This document shows, in pieces, positions 59,713 to 64,000 of a DNA stretch of 64,000 bases. Position 1 is the stretch's first letter, and each line of letters begins with the position of its first letter. Under the pieces are notes generated by a model, which saw only the letters and a program-made list of their open reading frames with translations, was not told the origin of the DNA and searched no databases. A program made the translations under genes and the position numbers. The stretch comes from an uncultured Verrucomicrobiae bacterium (GTDB lineage Bacteria > Verrucomicrobiota > Verrucomicrobiia > Limisphaerales > UBA11358), in NCBI GenBank assembly GCA_963820205.1, contig CAWFZJ010000024.1, forward strand, positions 14-64,013, written 5' to 3'.

Positions 59713-60661
59713 CTAGAGCATTTCCATAAATAATATAGCGTAGCGGGCGTGTAAAAAGAACCCGAGGCAGTCAGCGGGGGTGATGGCGTTGAAAGCGAGT
59801 TTGGCCGCCTCCAGCAAATCAGTCTGGGTGCGCGGGGCCAGGCTGCGAAGGATTTGCTTGATCTTGCTCCACATGTTTTCAATGGGGTTGAAATCAGGCG
59901 AATAGGGTGGCAGATACAAAAGCCGGGCCCCCGCCGCCTCAATGGCCTCCCGGACGCCCTGCACCTTGTGCGTGGCCAGATTGTCCATGATAACCCGGTC
60001 GTCCTTTTGTAGTGTGGGCACCAAACCTTCCCTGACCCACGCCAAAAACATCTCCCCATTCATGGCTCCCTCAAAAAGCCAGGGGGCGCGGGGACCGCTC
60101 AGGCGAACCCCGGAAATGAGGCTGCGGGTCTGATAGTGGCCCTGCGGAATGTGGGCGACCAACCGCTGGCCGCCGGGAGACCGTCCTCGCCAACGGGTCA
60201 TCTTGGTGTTGGCTCCGCTTTCATCCACAAACCCCAACCGGGCCGGATCTATTCCCGCCAGTTGCTCATGCCAATGCGCCCTTTTTTCGGCCACGTCGGG
60301 ACGGTTTTGCTCGGCGGCGTGCAGCGTTTTTTTTATAGGTCAAACCCAGTTTGCGCAGCCACAGATCCATCGTCGAAGTCCCAAACGGGCGGTCCAGGCG
60401 CGAACCCAATTCGGCCAGCGTAGCATCCGGTTGCGCGGCGACCAGCTTTTGCAGGCGGGCTTGGCGGGCGGTGGTTAACAGCGTCTTGCGACCGCACAAA
60501 TGCGTTTGCGGCTGGAGCGTGCCCCGGGCCTTGAACTGTTGCCGGACCCGGCGTACCGCCGCCACACAGAAACCGAAGAACTCGGAAATGTCGCGGGTGC
60601 TTTTGCCCTGTTCATAGAGGTGGATGATGCGCTGACGGGTCGGTAGAGGTATCGCTCGCAT
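59713..60661 (-). pseudogene. IS630-family DDE transposase, split at an A8 run
   Basis: The HTH part is MRAIPLPTRQRIIHLYEQGKSTRDISEFFG...LTYKK. It continues TLHAAEQNRPDVAEKRAHW..FVDESG..IMDNLATHK..LPPYSPDFNPIENMW in the next frame. Removing one base of the T8 run at 60327-34 (A8 on the coding strand) gives one ORF. Confidence 0.85.
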
Positions 60662-60721
60662 GCCCCAGACTTTATCAAATTACGCTCACCTTGTCAAGCT
60701 ACATTATTTATGGAAATGCTC
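59716..60721 (-). mobile_element. IS630-family insertion sequence, 1006 bp, flanked by a TA duplication
   Basis: Terminal inverted repeats gagcatttccataaataat (59716-34) and attatttatggaaatgctc (60703-21). TA is present on both sides (59714-15 and 60722-23). Confidence 0.9.
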
Positions 60722-60957
60722 TAAAGCTTGAATTCCAACCTTGCCCGGCTGCATGGTGGCCGTCTGCAAAGACCACGCTGATTTGAAAATAGCGCGGGTC
60801 ATCCTAAAATGGATACAGGAAAAGAGCCGTTCAAGTGCGGAATGGAGAGTGCGGAGTGCGCCCAAATTTGTTTTACGTCATCGCCAAGCATCGTGCGCCG
60901 AGCTGGCGCGACAAGTTGCCCATGCGGAATTCGGATTTCAAATGGTTCACGTCCTCC

Positions 60958-61128
60958 CTCATCCCGGCCTTCTCCCCAAGGAGAAGGAGAATCGTTCGCC
61001 GGCTTCTTGAAAATTCGCGCAACTGGATTTGCCGGACGGTTAGCCGCCAAACCAGAACGTCCACCAGCCATTTCCTCTCCTGGGGGAGAGGATAAAAGGT
61101 GAGGGCGAGCGTAAAACACAAATCTCAT
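60958..61128. repeat. ~172-bp dispersed repeat, copy 2
   Basis: See 57669-57841. It is in the same orientation. Confidence 0.8.
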
Positions 61129-61216
61129 TCACCCCAATCGTCCATCCCAAAATGATTTCGGCAGCGGCAGTTTTCTTTATTCGGTGCAAGAGGGTTGGTT
61201 TTTGCCGGCAGGCAAG

Positions 61217-61720
61217 TCAGGTCTCATGGAGGTCCGGCCACAACGGTTCCAAGTCCGGGTCTTGCAAGGCCATGTGTTTGATTTTATGGACATCGCCCAG
61301 CGTGCAGGCTTTATCCAGCCAGGCTTTGGCCGCTTCCAAATCACCCAATTGACAATCATAGCACGCCAGATTGTAGGCGATGATTTGCACCTTGGGAAAT
61401 GTCCGCTGGGCTTGAATCAAAATCGCCCGGGCCTGGGGAATTCCGCCGCCGGTTTTTCGCCGGGTCGCATACGCCAGCGAAACCCATGCGCCCGATTCGT
61501 CCGGTTCCAGCCGGGTGAGCGTCCCGGCAATCTCCGCCGCCGCATCCCATTTCCCGGCGGCGGCGTGGATATCGAATTGGACGGCGAGCACATCGGGATG
61601 GGACTGGAATGGCGGCGCGATTTTTCCCACTTCCGCGCCGGCCTCCGCGATATTGCCCAATCCCAGCCAGCCAATGGCGGCTGAAAGATGGTGGCTGTCC
61701 GGTGGTTCCAGCGGTTTCAT
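61217..61720 (-). CDS. TPR-repeat protein
   Basis: From ATG 61720. Helical-hairpin repeats (AIGWLGLGNIAEA, AAGKWDAAAEIA, YNLACYDCQLGDLEAAKAWLDKA). Confidence 0.55.
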   Translation of the reverse strand: MKPLEPPDSHHLSAAIGWLGLGNIAEAGAEVGKIAPPFQSHPDVLAVQFDIHAAAGKWDAAAEIAGTLTRLEPDESGAWVSLAYATRRKTGGGIPQARAILIQAQRTFPKVQIIAYNLACYDCQLGDLEAAKAWLDKACTLGDVHKIKHMALQDPDLEPLWPDLHET

Positions 61721-61845
61721 GTGCGGTTCACAATGACGGAAGAAGGCGAATTTTAGAAGTGAAGAATGCAAAATGGGAAAACACAGAGGTCGAACCAAGT
61801 TGGGGTCTAACGGCTCGTGAGGACACTCGCCCCACCAGTTGCACA

Positions 61846-63375
61846 TCAATGACCGGGGTAATCCCGTCCGATTTCTTTGATCAACTCCCCGGCGTGCGCA
61901 CGGAGCTTCGGGTCGGCATTGGGCAGGAGCAGCGGTTCCAGAGTGTGGCGGGCGGCGTCGGGATTTCGGCTTCTCAGTTGCGCCTGCGCCAGCGTAAAGA
62001 GATAGGCCGGGTTTTCCGGCTCGAGTTGGATGGCCAGTTGCAGATGTTGCTCCGCCGTCGCGAGCGAATCGCCCTGGACCATCTCGAAAAAGCCGAGCAA
62101 TTCATGCGCCGGTCCGAAGCTCGGCATCAACTTGATGGATTTCTGGAGTTCATCGCGAATCTCCGCCGCCTCATCATTTTTCAGGCGGGCATACCGGTCC
62201 TGGGAATCTGCCGTGCGCCGATACTTTTCCTCGGCATAGATATAATGAGCCAGGAAACTGGTCGAGCCGCGCTGCAGTGCCTCCTTCAGGTAGCGCACTG
62301 CTTCGTCGGATTTCCCACGCTCGGCAGCCAGCAAGCCCAGTCCTTCGTAGGGCAGCGGGCCGGCGGGCGCGAGCTTTTGCGCCAGGGCAAAATATGATTC
62401 GGCGGCATCAGGGCGGTTGATTCGGAGAAGTTCGTCCCCGAGACGGAACCAGGTTTCCACCGGAGTGATGACCCGCGTATTCACGGTGATGGATGCCGAA
62501 AGGTACGCCGGCAATGGCAGTTCAATGGGTGTGAACACGCCGCGTTTCAGGTAGCGGCGCAGTTCGGTTTCCACCGCCGGCAGGGTGGTCTGCAACGCGT
62601 TGGTGAAGGCCTGTTCCGGAAACTGGCCCTGAAGAAGGAGATCCCGGAACTGTCTGAAGCGCGCCTTGTACTCCGGGTTGTCGCCCGCCATCAGGAAATG
62701 CGTGAGCAGCCAGGATTCGGCGTAGAAAATTCCCTGGCGATTGCGTTCATTGTATTGCGGCGAGTCGTGAACAACAGAAAACAGCTCGGCCAGCGGCATG
62801 AGCGGTTGTTGTGCCAGCAACTGTAGGTGATGTTCGATGGGGCTGCCGATGCTGACCTGGGAGCCGGTCGTTTCGAAGGTGGAATAAACCTCGGCCATTC
62901 CCTCCTTGAGCCAGAGCGGCCAGAGATGGTCGTTATGCCGGAACAGCAGATGGGTGTATTCGTGGAAGATGACCTCCATTTCGGTGAAAGCCGTGTTGGT
63001 GTCCGGAAGCGCGAGCACAATCAAGTTTTCGTCGCTGCCGCGCTGGAAAAAGGCCGCCAAGTTTGCCGGCTTGCCCTCGTAAAGCGGCAGGAATGGCTTC
63101 AACGATTCCTGGTCGGGAAAAGCCATCACCACAATCGGCGGCGACGCCACCGCCTGCGCCCCGGCCAGCAGGGTGTAGGCCTCGCAAAACTGCTCCAGCC
63201 GCCCGGCCAGTTTGTAAACATCCTGGGGCGCGCCGCAACTGTAGATGTTGAAATGCGCGGTGCGCGTCTCCAGCCAGCGCCGTTGCGCGAGCGGAACATC
63301 GTTCGTCTGGCCGGGAGCGGTGCAAACAACCAACCCCAGCAGCACGGCCAAAACACATAGCGGGCAGCGAATCAT
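61846..63375 (-). CDS. secreted DUF1570/MA-clan-like metallopeptidase domain protein with C-terminal TPR repeats
   Basis: ATG 63375 (MIRCPLCVLAVLLGLVV) gives a signal peptide. The HExxH motif is in IFHEYTHLLF, followed by LKEGMAEVYS. The C-terminal half is TPR-like. Confidence 0.65.
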   Translation of the reverse strand: MIRCPLCVLAVLLGLVVCTAPGQTNDVPLAQRRWLETRTAHFNIYSCGAPQDVYKLAGRLEQFCEAYTLLAGAQAVASPPIVVMAFPDQESLKPFLPLYEGKPANLAAFFQRGSDENLIVLALPDTNTAFTEMEVIFHEYTHLLFRHNDHLWPLWLKEGMAEVYSTFETTGSQVSIGSPIEHHLQLLAQQPLMPLAELFSVVHDSPQYNERNRQGIFYAESWLLTHFLMAGDNPEYKARFRQFRDLLLQGQFPEQAFTNALQTTLPAVETELRRYLKRGVFTPIELPLPAYLSASITVNTRVITPVETWFRLGDELLRINRPDAAESYFALAQKLAPAGPLPYEGLGLLAAERGKSDEAVRYLKEALQRGSTSFLAHYIYAEEKYRRTADSQDRYARLKNDEAAEIRDELQKSIKLMPSFGPAHELLGFFEMVQGDSLATAEQHLQLAIQLEPENPAYLFTLAQAQLRSRNPDAARHTLEPLLLPNADPKLRAHAGELIKEIGRDYPGH

Positions 63376-63642
63376 AGACAAGCCACTTTAAGGCGCTGTT
63401 GAAGATATGTCACCTGCCATCGGCGGCAGGAACGCCGGATTTATCCGGCAGAATTGAACAGGAGCAAACGGAGAGAAGGCGTGGCCGAAAGGCTAAAGGC
63501 TAAAGTTTTTTTAATAAACACCAAAGGCGCATTCTGATGTTCCGACTGCGCCCTCATTACTTTAGCCTTCAACCTTCGTTCTCACTCCGACTTTGTTTAT
63601 TCGTTGACGAACGCGAACCCAGGGGCATACTGACACTTTATC

Positions 63643-64000
63643 ATGAAGATTGGGCATCCATCCCATTTGTTAGCCAAAATTCACATTGGCGCGCTGGCGT
63701 GCGTGTTGCTTGCGACCGGCACGGCACCGGCCTGTACGACGTTTGTGCTGCAAAGCACCAACCACCTCTATTTTGGCCGGAACTTGGATTGGTTTTCAGA
63801 AGACGGACTGGTCATCGTGAATCCGCGCCAGGTGCAAAAGTCCGCCATCGTGATGTCCGGCAGTTCCCCGTTAAAGTGGGTTTCGAAATATGGAAGCGTC
63901 ACGTTCAACAGCGGGGGCTGGGAACTGCCTACGGGCGGCATGAACGAAGCGGGGCTGGTGGTCGAGTGCATGTGGCTGAACGAGACGCAGTATCCCGCAC
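63643..64000 (+). CDS. choloylglycine hydrolase / linear amide C-N hydrolase family (Ntn hydrolase), 3' end outside window
   Basis: My own translation from ATG 63643: MKIGHPSHLLAKIHIGALACVLLATGTAPACTTFVLQSTNHLYFGRNLDW...GGMNEAGL. The signal peptide ends at the nucleophile Cys (A-CTTF). The frame is open to the window end. Confidence 0.7.
   Translation, partial: MKIGHPSHLLAKIHIGALACVLLATGTAPACTTFVLQSTNHLYFGRNLDWFSEDGLVIVNPRQVQKSAIVMSGSSPLKWVSKYGSVTFNSGGWELPTGGMNEAGLVVECMWLNETQYPA

Overview
This is a 64-kb chromosomal window. It is GC-rich by eye, with several short AT-richer islands. The gene content and repeat content suggest a PVC-superphylum, Verrucomicrobia-like bacterium; this is inference only. 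The supporting signs are a prepilin-type N-terminal protein, secreted tail-fibre-domain proteins, beta-propeller repeat proteins and very abundant palindromic REP/MITE-like elements.

About 55 protein genes are supportable. Housekeeping genes include pgk-tpiA-secG, lpxD, serS, glgA, lepB, lepA, maf, aroK, queG, rnr and an ECF sigma/anti-sigma operon. There are also several glycoside hydrolases, peptidases and transporters.

Accessory content:
- Two secreted tail-fibre-like paralogs with Peptidase_S74 chaperone domains (1466-6275).
- A DUF4160/DUF2442 pair (14145-14653).
- An IS5-family element (26144-27058) and an IS630-family element (59716-60721). The IS630 copy sits inside a REP palindrome.
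- A restriction-modification locus with two methyltransferases, an XRE-type controller and a PD-(D/E)xK nuclease (38133-42378).
- An AT-rich two-gene island encoding a UPF0332-type HEPN protein translationally coupled to an AAA+/ORC-Cdc6-like P-loop ATPase (about 51613-53925). This is the best candidate for an undescribed conflict/defence system.

I recognised no rRNA, tRNA or CRISPR array.

Major caveat: 15 single-base frame breaks interrupt 10 genes, including the essential serS, lepA, lepB and rnr. Thirteen behave as insertions and two as deletions, and nearly all sit in homopolymer runs. This looks like sequencing or assembly error rather than biology. These genes are typed pseudogene only in the as-assembled sense.

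All family assignments come from motif recognition by eye. No searches were run.
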